Positions 22,182 to 31,719 are shown, counted from the stretch's first letter. The stretch: 38,876 nt of DNA from an uncultured bacterium (GCA_964468295.1 CAYXUK010000003.1:1-38876); one strand, 5' to 3'. Translations and numbers: made by a program. Notes: generated by a model not told the origin, from the sequence alone.

Positions 22182-23144
22182 ATGACTCAAATACCAAAAG
22201 ATGCAATTAAGTGTTTAGATAAGGGGTTTGTTCGGCTAGTGGATTCCATGGGTGGTGATAATGCAATTGTTCAAGCCGCTCGCGTCAGCTACGGGAAGGG
22301 GACAAGTAAGGTTTCCCAAGATAGGGGGTTGATTCGATATCTAATGCGTCACCGCCATACGACACCCTTTGAAATGGTAGAATTTAAATTCCACTGTAAG
22401 ATGCCCATTTTTGTAGCTCGACAGTGGGTACGCCATAGAACAGCAAATATTAATGAATATTCACTGCGATATTCAGAAGCAAGAGATGAATTTTATTATC
22501 CTGACCCAGCTCAAATTCAATATCAAAGTGCCCTTAATAAGCAGGGACGAGCTGGAAAGGTGCCAAAAAAACTCACAGATAAAGTACTTAAGTATTTTAA
22601 GGAAATATCTGAAAAAAGTTTTGATATGTACCAGGAACTAAATGAAGCAGGTCTGGCGCGCGAATTAATTCGTGCCATTCTACCAGTAAATCTTTATACT
22701 GAATGGTATTGGAAAAATGATTTGCATAACCTCTTGCATTTTATTGGTTTGCGGTCTGATAGCCATGCTCAGTATGAGATTAGGGTTTTTTCAGATGCGA
22801 TGGCAGAATCGGTAAAAAAGACAGCACCTCACGCTTGGGAATCCTACCAAGATTATGTTGTAAAAGGAATGCGTTTTTCCCGAATTGAAAAGAGTCTTTT
22901 GGAACGAAATTTACCTGACCGCGTTGTTGATGATATTTTAGAAGATCTTGCATATCAAATCACGGCTACCTTAAATAATAATAAACCTCGAAATGAAGCA
23001 GATCTTTATCTGTTATATCAAAAGCAGGGTGGAGTTGATTCTGAAGCTGATTTCAAATTGAAATGGGATTCGGGAGAGATCAACATTGGGAATGTACGGG
23101 AACTACGTGAGTTTAAACAAAAGTTGGGTAGTTTGAAACACTAG
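22182..23144 (+). CDS. thyX: flavin-dependent thymidylate synthase with a C-terminal extension
   Basis: ThyX signature RHRTANINEYSLRYS (RHR-x7-S) plus RHRHTTPFEM. I place the start at ATG 22182 (MTQIPKDAIKCLDKGFVRLVD), 1 nt after the preceding stop, rather than the track's 22122. Confidence 0.9.
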   Translation: MTQIPKDAIKCLDKGFVRLVDSMGGDNAIVQAARVSYGKGTSKVSQDRGLIRYLMRHRHTTPFEMVEFKFHCKMPIFVARQWVRHRTANINEYSLRYSEARDEFYYPDPAQIQYQSALNKQGRAGKVPKKLTDKVLKYFKEISEKSFDMYQELNEAGLARELIRAILPVNLYTEWYWKNDLHNLLHFIGLRSDSHAQYEIRVFSDAMAESVKKTAPHAWESYQDYVVKGMRFSRIEKSLLERNLPDRVVDDILEDLAYQITATLNNNKPRNEADLYLLYQKQGGVDSEADFKLKWDSGEINIGNVRELREFKQKLGSLKH

Positions 23145-23365
23145 CCAATTAGTGGCAGAGCACACGGAGAAAATGATATATTATTTTTATAACTAAACTC
23201 TGTAATCACTGTGGAAAATCCGAAAAAAACATCATCAGTGACTTCGAGGGCAGTATATCAAAAGTAGTTTGAATGGTGTCCTAGATTCCGAGATAATTGA
23301 AATATTGCTTAATTTTATCATGTACAGCAATAATTGCAAACGATTGACTATGGAATGATTTAAAA

Positions 23366-25579
23366 ATGTCTATCTTTAACAGAGCAGAAGTTGTTGATCA
23401 AAATTTCAAAAAGTTCGTGAAAGAAGGAAAACTCCCTCCAGCTCGTACAGATTTACTACTATCCCAGACCAATATAAAAACGTCAGAACTGGTTTCCATT
23501 TTTGAATCTCAAGTATTGAGTAGACATATGGATCTGAAGGCACGGCTCTTGAAAGATGAAGGAAAATGCTATTATACCATTGGAAGTTCTGGGCACGAAG
23601 GAAATGCAGTATTTGGAAAAATATTTCCATACACGGATATGGCATTTCTTCATTATCGTAGTGGACCGTTTTTTATTGAGCGATCCAAACAGGTAGCAGG
23701 TACCACCCCCATTTATGATATGGCGTTATCGTTCATGGCATCATCAGAAGATCCCATCAGTGGTGGTCGCCATAAAGTCATAGGGAGTAAGGCATTGAAC
23801 ATTCCGCCACAAACTAGTACTATTGCTAGCCATTTTCCTAAAGCTGTGGGAACTGCTTTTTCCATCGATCGGGCGAAAGATTTAGATATTCCGGAGCGCA
23901 AGATAAAAAGCGGGAGTATAGTGCTGTGCAGTTTCGGTGATGCTAGTGTAAACCACGCCACAGCATTGAGTGCTTTCAACTCTGCTAGTTGGGTCACCAG
24001 CCAAGGTGGCCACATGCCAATTATTTTTATTTGTGAGGACAACGGTACGGGGATTTCTGTCCCTACCGATGATAAGTGGATTGAAAAAAATTTTGCAAAT
24101 CGTCCAGGGATAGTTTATATCCAGACCGATGGATTCCATCTTATTGATTTGATAATCAAATCACGCAGTGCTGAACAAGATTGCCGAATTAATCGCAGAC
24201 CCATTTTTCTCCATATGAAAACCGTGCGACTAATGGGCCATGCAGGCTCTGATGTGGAAATCGGCTATCGATCTTTACCAGATATTGTAGAGACTGAATT
24301 CAACGATCCGCTACTTCATTCTTCACGAATACTTATGGAAAACCAATGTTTATCTGATGATGATATTTTGAAACTTTATGAATTGTCTCGCAATCAGGTA
24401 AGCTATGTTTTTGATGCTTCCACAATTCGGCCAAAACTTGAATCATCTAAAGATGTTATGGCATCCATCACAGTAAATAGAGAAAAAAGAATACTACCAA
24501 AACAGCCTAGCACAAAAGAACGAAAATCATTATTTGGTAAAGAATTTAATCGCTTAGAGCAACCCCAGCACATGGCAAAACTCATTAATTATGCCCTGTC
24601 TGATATCATGCTTCGATATACAAATACGCTGGTTTTTGGTGAAGATGTGGCCCAGAAAGGTGGTGTTTATCATGTAACTGCGGGATTGTATGATCAATTC
24701 GGTTTACGTCGTGTATTTAATAGTCCATTGGATGAAACATCTATCATTGGGTTTGGTATTGGATTTGGTCATAATGGGTTTATCCCAATCCCAGAAATCC
24801 AATTTTTAGCTTATCTTCATAATGCAGAGGATCAATTGCGTGGTGAAGCAGCCACATTGCCTTTTTTCTCTGAAGGACGATTCACAAATCCTATGGTGCT
24901 TCGTATCCCGGGGCTTGCCTATCAACAAGGGTTTGGGGGTCATTATCATAACGATAATTCGCTCACGGTTTTTAGGGATATCCCTGGGCTGATCCTTGCG
25001 GTACCGTCCAACGGTGCTGACGCAGCAAAGATGCTCCGGACAACTGTTCGTGAAGCGTATGAGAACGGACGTATTGTGGTATTTTTAGAACCGATCGCCC
25101 TTTACATGATGAAAGACCTTCACGAACTTAAAGATAGAAAATGGAATTTTCAGTATCCGGGGTTAGAGGAAGATATCCCTTTGGGTGAATTCGCTGTATA
25201 TGGGAAAGGGAAGGCACTAACTATTATCACATATGGGAATGGACTTTATTTATCGCTCCAGGCACAAAGAGAAATTGAGAAAAGATTAAAGAAAAAGATT
25301 AAAGTGATTGACTTGCGGTGGTTGTCAGAAATTGATATACAAGGATTGTTAAAGACAATTGGCGCTTGTGTAAATGTGCTTATTGTTGATGAATGTCGCC
25401 GAACCGGTTGCCATGGAGAGGGGCTCATGACTCAGTTGGTAAGTGAATCCGAAAGACCGATAAACCTGAAACTGCATGCCGCGGAAGACAGTTTTATTCC
25501 ACTTGGCGTGGCTGCTACGGCAACGCTTCCCAGCAAAGAATCTATTATCCAGAATGCCTTGGAGTTGATAAATGGCTAA
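23366..25579 (+). CDS. fused E1 alpha/beta component of a TPP-dependent 2-oxoacid dehydrogenase
   Basis: 737 aa. The N-terminal half is E1-alpha-like with the TPP motif FGDASVNHATALSAFNSASWV...IIFICEDNGTGIS. The C-terminal half is E1-beta-like (VFGEDVAQKGGVYHVTAGL...FNSPLDETSIIGFGIG). Confidence 0.85.
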   Translation: MSIFNRAEVVDQNFKKFVKEGKLPPARTDLLLSQTNIKTSELVSIFESQVLSRHMDLKARLLKDEGKCYYTIGSSGHEGNAVFGKIFPYTDMAFLHYRSGPFFIERSKQVAGTTPIYDMALSFMASSEDPISGGRHKVIGSKALNIPPQTSTIASHFPKAVGTAFSIDRAKDLDIPERKIKSGSIVLCSFGDASVNHATALSAFNSASWVTSQGGHMPIIFICEDNGTGISVPTDDKWIEKNFANRPGIVYIQTDGFHLIDLIIKSRSAEQDCRINRRPIFLHMKTVRLMGHAGSDVEIGYRSLPDIVETEFNDPLLHSSRILMENQCLSDDDILKLYELSRNQVSYVFDASTIRPKLESSKDVMASITVNREKRILPKQPSTKERKSLFGKEFNRLEQPQHMAKLINYALSDIMLRYTNTLVFGEDVAQKGGVYHVTAGLYDQFGLRRVFNSPLDETSIIGFGIGFGHNGFIPIPEIQFLAYLHNAEDQLRGEAATLPFFSEGRFTNPMVLRIPGLAYQQGFGGHYHNDNSLTVFRDIPGLILAVPSNGADAAKMLRTTVREAYENGRIVVFLEPIALYMMKDLHELKDRKWNFQYPGLEEDIPLGEFAVYGKGKALTIITYGNGLYLSLQAQREIEKRLKKKIKVIDLRWLSEIDIQGLLKTIGACVNVLIVDECRRTGCHGEGLMTQLVSESERPINLKLHAAEDSFIPLGVAATATLPSKESIIQNALELING

Positions 25580-26585
25580 AAAGCGGATTGTAGTTATTTG
25601 TCCAGGGCGAGGAACATATACCCGCGAGACTTCGGGCTATTTAAATCCATACGATATCACTATCCAGTCGCAGATCAAATGGATAGATAAACAACGAAAA
25701 AATGCAGGTCTTCAAACAATTTCGGAACTGGACGCTTCCACATTTAAAGCGAAGACCCATATGGTAGGTGAAAATGCATCTCCACTGATCTATGCTTGTA
25801 GTTTATTAGACTTTCTATCGATCGATCAAAAAAAATATGAGATCACAGCAATTACTGGGAATTCCATGGGATGGTATATCGCTCTGGCGCTGGGTGGTGC
25901 TATGTCCAATGAAAATGCCTATCACTTAATCCACACAATGGGATCCATGATGAAAAAAAGAATCATCGGTGGACAAATTATTTATCCAATTGTCAATAAG
26001 AATTGGCAACCGGATAGTGCCAAAAAGGATATGGTGCTATCAGAGATCGAAAAAGCAGGTGCCTTTGTATCTATTCATCTAGGAGGATATGTTGTCATTG
26101 GTGGTGAAAATAAGGCGCTGGATTTACTCTTAAAAAAACTTACTAAAGATGATAAATATCCATTTCAATTACCTTTTCATGCGGCATTCCATACACCACT
26201 TTTGGAGACTGTTTCAAGTAAAGCATTTGAAATGATATCAGAATCCTCATTTCAAAATCCATCTATTCCATTGGTGGATGGCCGAGGAAAAATTTGGTCA
26301 CCATTTTCAACTGATACACAGGCTCTTCATCAATACACCTTGGGGGATCAAGTAACACAATCCTACGATTTTACTTCAGCTATTACTGTGGCCATCAAGG
26401 AATTTTGTCCAGATAAGTTGGTTTTACTTGGTCCGGGAAATACATTGGGTGGTGCAATTGGACAAATTTTGGTTCAAAATAACTGGCAGAAACTAGATTC
26501 GAAAAAAGCCTTTTCAGAACGGCAAAATAATGACCCTTATCTAGTTTCAATGGGAATGAAAGAGCAAAAGAGTCTGGTATGCTAA
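25572..26585 (+). CDS. FabD-fold (malonyl-CoA:ACP transacylase-like) Ser-His acyltransferase, divergent
   Basis: 337 aa. PGRGTY occupies the position of the FabD PGQGSQ motif. Nucleophile elbow GNSMGWY (GxSxG), and AFHTPLL in the position of the FabD catalytic His. Overlaps the E1 gene by 8 nt. Confidence 0.7.
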   Translation: MAKKRIVVICPGRGTYTRETSGYLNPYDITIQSQIKWIDKQRKNAGLQTISELDASTFKAKTHMVGENASPLIYACSLLDFLSIDQKKYEITAITGNSMGWYIALALGGAMSNENAYHLIHTMGSMMKKRIIGGQIIYPIVNKNWQPDSAKKDMVLSEIEKAGAFVSIHLGGYVVIGGENKALDLLLKKLTKDDKYPFQLPFHAAFHTPLLETVSSKAFEMISESSFQNPSIPLVDGRGKIWSPFSTDTQALHQYTLGDQVTQSYDFTSAITVAIKEFCPDKLVLLGPGNTLGGAIGQILVQNNWQKLDSKKAFSERQNNDPYLVSMGMKEQKSLVC

Positions 26586-27706
26586 ATCATCAAAAGATTG
26601 AAATTTTAGATTCGACTTTGAGAGAAGGAGAGCAGACTCCAGGTGTCTCTTTTTCTGTGAAACAAAAAATTGCAATAACAAAACGATTAGATGCTTTTGG
26701 TGTGGATTTTATTGAGTTGGGTCACCCAGTAGTTTCTCCTGATGTTTACGAAGCAGTAGAAACATTAAATGATCTTGAATTAAATGCAAAAAAAATGGCT
26801 CACGGTAGGGCTAATAAATCAGATATTAATGATATAGCTGCTATTGGTGTAGAATGGATGGGTATATTTTTTGGAACATCACCATTGAGTTTGAAACACA
26901 AATTCAATGTAACAAAATCACAAGCATTAAAGCGAATCGAAACCTGCGTAAAGTATGGCAAAGATAAAGGGCTTAAGCTCCGTTTCACAGCAGAAGACGC
27001 TAGTCGGACCAATTTAGAGTTTCTAATCCAAGTAGGACAAATGGTCCAGGAGTGTGGAGTCGAGCGTTTTAGCATAGCGGATACAGTGGGTTGTTTAATA
27101 CCCGTCAAGATGAAAGAACTTGTAACTAATATAAGATCTGAAATAGATCTTCCACTCCATGTGCATTGTCATAATGATTTTGGTTTGGCTACTGCCAATA
27201 CCATCGCTGCATTGGAGTCAGGTGCTCAGTGTGTGGATGTGACTGTCAACGGGATGGGTGAACGCTGTGGGTTGGCCCCTCTAGCTGAAGTAACCACAAT
27301 CTTGACAGAGTTGCACAAGGTCAATCACAATTGGGATTTAGGACTGCTTCCCGAATTATCTCAATTGGTTGAATCGTTTTCTGGGCGAACATCTGAGGAA
27401 AATAAACCAATCGTGGGGAAAAATGCGTTTACACATAAGGCTGGGTTACATGTTAAAACTGTTATTGAGGAACCAAAATCCTACGAAGCTATTTCGCCAG
27501 AAACTGTTTACCGGAAAAGACATATAATTATTGATAAATACACAGGAAAAGCAGCACTCAAAAATAAACTGGAAGTAATGGGAATGCACTTAAAAGACCG
27601 GCAATTAAAAGCCACTTTGAAAAAGATAAAAGCGCAGCCAGAAAAAGTGTTTTGGAAAGATGAAGAACTAATATCTCTCGCCAATTCAATTAAAATAAAG
27701 GTGTAA
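26579..27706 (+). CDS. homocitrate/2-isopropylmalate/citramalate synthase family enzyme (HMGL-like domain only)
   Basis: 375 aa. Contains LDSTLREGEQTPGV and HVHCHNDFGLATANTIAALESGA...NGMGERCG. There is no LeuA-type C-terminal regulatory domain. Overlaps the acyltransferase gene by 7 nt. Confidence 0.8.
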   Translation: MLNHQKIEILDSTLREGEQTPGVSFSVKQKIAITKRLDAFGVDFIELGHPVVSPDVYEAVETLNDLELNAKKMAHGRANKSDINDIAAIGVEWMGIFFGTSPLSLKHKFNVTKSQALKRIETCVKYGKDKGLKLRFTAEDASRTNLEFLIQVGQMVQECGVERFSIADTVGCLIPVKMKELVTNIRSEIDLPLHVHCHNDFGLATANTIAALESGAQCVDVTVNGMGERCGLAPLAEVTTILTELHKVNHNWDLGLLPELSQLVESFSGRTSEENKPIVGKNAFTHKAGLHVKTVIEEPKSYEAISPETVYRKRHIIIDKYTGKAALKNKLEVMGMHLKDRQLKATLKKIKAQPEKVFWKDEELISLANSIKIKV

Positions 27707-27733
27707 TTTCCGTCACAATTAATAGGAATTTTC

Positions 27734-28906
27734 ATGAAAGAATTAGGCCCTGATTTTTACAATATTACGGATCTGCTTTCAGAAGAAGAATTACTGATTC
27801 AAAAAACAGCCCATGACTTTGTTCAGGCAGAGTTTATGCCAATTATTAATGAGCATTATGAAAATTCCACCTTTCCCATGGAATTAGCTCCTAAACTGGG
27901 TGAACTCGGATTTTTGGGATCTTCCCTGCCAGAAAAATCAGGGGGTGCTGGAGTGAGCAATGTGGCTTATGGGCTGATCTTACATGAGCTTGAACGGGGT
28001 GATTCCGGATTACGATCTTTTGCCAGCGTACAAGGGGCCTTGGTTATGTATCCCATCCATTCCTATGGTTCTGATGAACAAAAAGCAAAGTGGCTCCCCG
28101 AACTAGGCGCTGGTACCAAAATCGGTTGTTTTGGGCTTACCGAACCTAATTTTGGTTCCAATCCAGGGGGTATGGTTACGACCTGTAAAAAGGACGGAGA
28201 CGATTGGGTAATCAATGGCAGCAAAATATGGATTACCAATGGTTCTGTAGCTGATGTAGCAGTGGTTTGGGCCAAGGACATTGATGGTGTTATTAGAGGA
28301 TTTTTGCTGGAAAAGGGGATGGACGGATTTTCCGCTCCATTACAACATGGTAAGTTGAGCCTGCGGGCATCAGTCACATCAGAACTGGTCATGGATAACG
28401 TTCGTGTTCCCGATTCAGCTATGTTACCGAATATTGAAGGTTTGAAAGGGCCGCTGAGTTGTTTAACCCAAGCTCGCTACGGAATATCTTGGGGTATGGT
28501 TGGCGCCGCTGTGGATTGTTACAACACAGCTCTGGAATATTCAAAGGACCGTAAACAATTTTCCAAACCTATTGCTGGTTATCAACTTACTCAAGCCAAA
28601 CTAGCAGAAATGGTTACTCAGATTACAGAAGGACAACTTTTGATCTATCGCTTGGGTCGGTTAAAAGATGAAGGCAAAATGACCTTTGAGCAAGTGTCCA
28701 TGGCCAAACGGAAAAACTGTGCTATGGCTCGAGATATCGCCAGGACTTCGCGAGAGATATTGGGAGCGAATGGTATCACTGAAGACTATTCTCCCATCCG
28801 GCACATGGCCAATATTGAGTCGGTCTATACTTATGAAGGCACACACGAAATGCATACATTGATTCTTGGTGAAGTAATAACTGGTATAGCGGCATTTGAT
28901 TCTTAA
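27734..28906 (+). CDS. gcdH: acyl-CoA dehydrogenase, glutaryl-CoA dehydrogenase-like
   Basis: 390 aa. ACAD signature GCFGLTEPNFGSNPGGM. The C-terminal YTYEGTHEMHTLILGEVITG closely resembles the GCDH-type motif YEGTHDIHALILGRAITG, recalled from memory. AGGA lies 7 nt upstream of the ATG. Confidence 0.7.
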   Translation: MKELGPDFYNITDLLSEEELLIQKTAHDFVQAEFMPIINEHYENSTFPMELAPKLGELGFLGSSLPEKSGGAGVSNVAYGLILHELERGDSGLRSFASVQGALVMYPIHSYGSDEQKAKWLPELGAGTKIGCFGLTEPNFGSNPGGMVTTCKKDGDDWVINGSKIWITNGSVADVAVVWAKDIDGVIRGFLLEKGMDGFSAPLQHGKLSLRASVTSELVMDNVRVPDSAMLPNIEGLKGPLSCLTQARYGISWGMVGAAVDCYNTALEYSKDRKQFSKPIAGYQLTQAKLAEMVTQITEGQLLIYRLGRLKDEGKMTFEQVSMAKRKNCAMARDIARTSREILGANGITEDYSPIRHMANIESVYTYEGTHEMHTLILGEVITGIAAFDS

Positions 28907-28980
28907 AGGAAGAATATTATTGTAAGCTTAACGGCTCCGAGAATACAAACTGCAAAAATTCTAAGATTAATTTAAATATC

Positions 28981-30147
28981 GTGTTTAAAGCCTTTACTGA
29001 CCGATTTGTCCCCGTTTCACAAAAATCGGCACTGATTTACCGTGCAAAAATTGGTGTATTCCAGGGTTGGGTGTCCGTTTGGTTAAACGTTTTATTATTT
29101 ATTATAAAAATGGTTATTGGACTGATGGTAGGTGCCGTTAGTGTGATTGCTGATGCAATCCACACTTTGTTTGATGTCATTTCATCTTCTATCGTAATCT
29201 GGGGTTTTAAGCAGGCTGAAAAGCCGGCCGATGTTGAACATCCATATGGTCATGGCCGAGCCGAATATATTGCCACTTTGATTATTGCTACATTATTGTG
29301 TGTAGCAGGTATAGAATTCATCGAAGTGGCCATTGATCGGATCCGAAACCCGAAAGCTGTCGAAGCAGAATGGTGGATGATAGTTGTTCTTTCAATAACT
29401 ATTGTGTTAAATGAGATTACAGCCCGTTACGCAGAATTTCTTTCATCCAAGATCGCTTCCAGTACCCTTCATGCCGATGCTTGGCACCACCGTACCGATG
29501 CTATATCGAGTCTTTTAGTTGTGGTTGCTTTGATTGCAGGTATTTATGGTTATCCGGCCATCGATGGATGGGCCGGCTTAGCAGTGTCTTTGTTTCTAAT
29601 TTTTACTGGTTTTGAAATTGCTCGAGATGCAATTGATGATCTCATTGGGAAACCACCCACAATGGAAGAAGTAGAAAACGTTCGGCAAATCGTATTGGGT
29701 GTTGAGGGCGTTTTAGGCGCTCATGATATTACTATCCATAGTTATGGACATGATAAATTTGTGAGTCTTCATGCAGAAATTGATGCTTCTGAAACTACAG
29801 CCGTGGCCCATGATATTTCTGAGGAAATTGAAACACGTCTTGAAAAAGCCATAGGAGTGGAGCCTACTGTACACATGGACCCGGTTCATCCAAAAAATCC
29901 TATGGTAAAAGATATCACCATCTATTTAGATAAAGTCTGGTCAAAAGATGATCGGATTACTGATATCCATGATATCCGAGTTGTAAATACAGAAAACTAT
30001 CATTTAATTCTTTTTGGGATAAATGTAAAAGCTGATTTAAGCCAGAAGCAGATTGTAGAATGTTGTCAGTCTTTAGAAGATGATTTAAAACGTAAATTTG
30101 ATGGATTTGAGATTAATATCAAAGTATCGCCTCTGCATCGTTATTGA
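28981..30147 (+). CDS. cation diffusion facilitator (CDF) family metal efflux transporter with an extended C-terminus
   Basis: 388 aa, GTG start. Six hydrophobic segments, the metal-site motifs HTLFDVISS and HADAWHHRTDA, the HPYGHGRAEY loop, a cytoplasmic domain and about 85 extra residues. Confidence 0.85.
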   Translation: MFKAFTDRFVPVSQKSALIYRAKIGVFQGWVSVWLNVLLFIIKMVIGLMVGAVSVIADAIHTLFDVISSSIVIWGFKQAEKPADVEHPYGHGRAEYIATLIIATLLCVAGIEFIEVAIDRIRNPKAVEAEWWMIVVLSITIVLNEITARYAEFLSSKIASSTLHADAWHHRTDAISSLLVVVALIAGIYGYPAIDGWAGLAVSLFLIFTGFEIARDAIDDLIGKPPTMEEVENVRQIVLGVEGVLGAHDITIHSYGHDKFVSLHAEIDASETTAVAHDISEEIETRLEKAIGVEPTVHMDPVHPKNPMVKDITIYLDKVWSKDDRITDIHDIRVVNTENYHLILFGINVKADLSQKQIVECCQSLEDDLKRKFDGFEINIKVSPLHRY

Positions 30148-30915
30148 TCAATTAATTTCTCCTGAATGAAATTGGGTTTCTTTTCCTTCTACCTCAATTA
30201 CTGCCGACCCTGATTTACCCAGTGATTTAAATATTCCAGAAACAATTTCATTTCCATTGTGGAACTGAATTTCTTCTTTCAAATGACCGCAAACAGCTTC
30301 CCATTCAAATTGTATTTGCTCTTTATTTTTGGGAAGGCCGGTAATCCATGGTTCCAATTCGTTCACAATTTCAGCCAGGACCCTTTCTCTTTGGTAAAAC
30401 TTACCAGATGCTATATGCAAGGAATTGGCAATTGATTGAATTGTAGGGTTAAAATCTTCTTTGGTCTCATTTACATTAAGACCAATACCTATTACAATTT
30501 GATTGAGAAAATTTCCTTTAACTTTTGATTCACAAAGTATGCCACCGATTTTTTTGCCATTTAATAACAGATCATTGGGCCATTTTAATTTTACTGATGT
30601 ATCAAATTTTACCAGAGCTTTTTGAATAGCAATTCCGGTAAGTATAGGTATCCACCCAGAAATCACTGGATCTAAATCAGAAAAAAGTATGATAGAAAAT
30701 GTGAGGCTTTTATCTGGGGATGCGTACCATTTTTGATCAAAGCGACCCCTCCCATTATATTGGTTATCGGTAATTAAAAGGGCGCCCGATTGAGCGCCCT
30801 CATCAATGATTTCCCAAGCTTCAGAGTTGGTGGACTCAAGCCGCCCATAGTATTCGATCTGCCTACCAAGAGACCTGGTTTTTAAATTGGCCTGAACCAG
30901 GTTGGTAAAGATCAT
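30148..30915 (-). CDS. birA: biotin--[acetyl-CoA-carboxylase] ligase (no N-terminal HTH)
   Basis: 255 aa. Contains GRGRFDQKW and KWPNDLLLNGKKIGGILCE. Its stop abuts the convergent CDF gene stop. Confidence 0.85.
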   Translation of the reverse strand: MIFTNLVQANLKTRSLGRQIEYYGRLESTNSEAWEIIDEGAQSGALLITDNQYNGRGRFDQKWYASPDKSLTFSIILFSDLDPVISGWIPILTGIAIQKALVKFDTSVKLKWPNDLLLNGKKIGGILCESKVKGNFLNQIVIGIGLNVNETKEDFNPTIQSIANSLHIASGKFYQRERVLAEIVNELEPWITGLPKNKEQIQFEWEAVCGHLKEEIQFHNGNEIVSGIFKSLGKSGSAVIEVEGKETQFHSGEIN

Positions 30916-30921
30916 ATTAAT

Positions 30922-31569
30922 TTATGCGTTAGGGTCTAGTTTTTCCCGAAGTTTCAGGGTCATACCTGGGGTAAGAATACCAGAATTAGCTTTAATAGTT
31001 TCTTCATTATCCCAAAGTAGAATAATCCAAGATTTCGCATCACCGTATTTTTCTCCAGATATATTCCAAAGGTTATCTCCAGATTTCACGGTGTAAGCAA
31101 AATAAATTGGTTCTAGTGTTTTTGCTGAAACGCGTTCCTTTTGAATATTTAGAAAATTGTAGGGATATATGATATTTGGATTATTCCCAATATCATCTTT
31201 ATTCCAAGAATAGATATTTCGCCATAAACGAAAATCGCCATATTCTTTTTTGGCAATTTTAATCAAGTAATCATCAGGAAGAACCATATATTTTTCCCAT
31301 GCAAAATCAGGGAATAGAACTTCTGGATCGATCTTAATTTCATTTTGCTGTTGCTCAGGAACTGTGTTTTTATCCGTATCCATATCAATAACAGGACCAT
31401 GTTCCTGTTCAGATGCGAAAGTAGCTTCTTGTGGAACAGGTAAATTCGCCCTTTCAAACTCACTCGAATTTTGTGCAGATTCAGTATCCTGTAGTTCCAG
31501 AGGCGGGGCAGACTGTTTACCGCATGAAACAAAAAAGAATACCATTAAGAGTAATGTAGATTTTTTCAT
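30922..31569 (-). CDS. LysM-domain lipoprotein
   Basis: 215 aa. Lipoprotein signal MKKSTLLLMVFFFVSCGK. Two LysM-like segments (DYLIKIAKKEYGDFRLWRNIYSWN and YTVKSGDNLWNISGEKYGDAKSW...TPGMTLKL). Confidence 0.75.
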   Translation of the reverse strand: MKKSTLLLMVFFFVSCGKQSAPPLELQDTESAQNSSEFERANLPVPQEATFASEQEHGPVIDMDTDKNTVPEQQQNEIKIDPEVLFPDFAWEKYMVLPDDYLIKIAKKEYGDFRLWRNIYSWNKDDIGNNPNIIYPYNFLNIQKERVSAKTLEPIYFAYTVKSGDNLWNISGEKYGDAKSWIILLWDNEETIKANSGILTPGMTLKLREKLDPNA

Positions 31570-31719
31570 TTAACGATCCTTTATAACGAGGTTAAATATT
31601 AATATCTAATGATTTTTTATAAAAACGAAACAAAGCAAAGCAATGCATGTTCCAAATATGTATTATTTTAGTTATTTCGCTTCATGAAATTCTACTAAAT
31701 ATATTGAAGAAAAAAAAGT

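Noticed and set aside
23145-23365. Looked for a TPP or other riboswitch, or a terminator, in the 221-nt spacer upstream of the E1 fusion gene.
   Set aside because: There is no CUGAGA/ACCUGA TPP-box-like core or stable GC-rich hairpin, only a weak CACTG...CAGTG pairing. It is likely a promoter region.
30145-30150. Convergent genes whose stops sit in palindromes: CDF/birA at TGATCA, and likewise DUF3467/PAP2 sharing CTAG at 36579-36582.
   Set aside because: This is real but probably just genome compaction. TGA and TAG stops on opposite strands naturally create such palindromes, and no further structure is evident.
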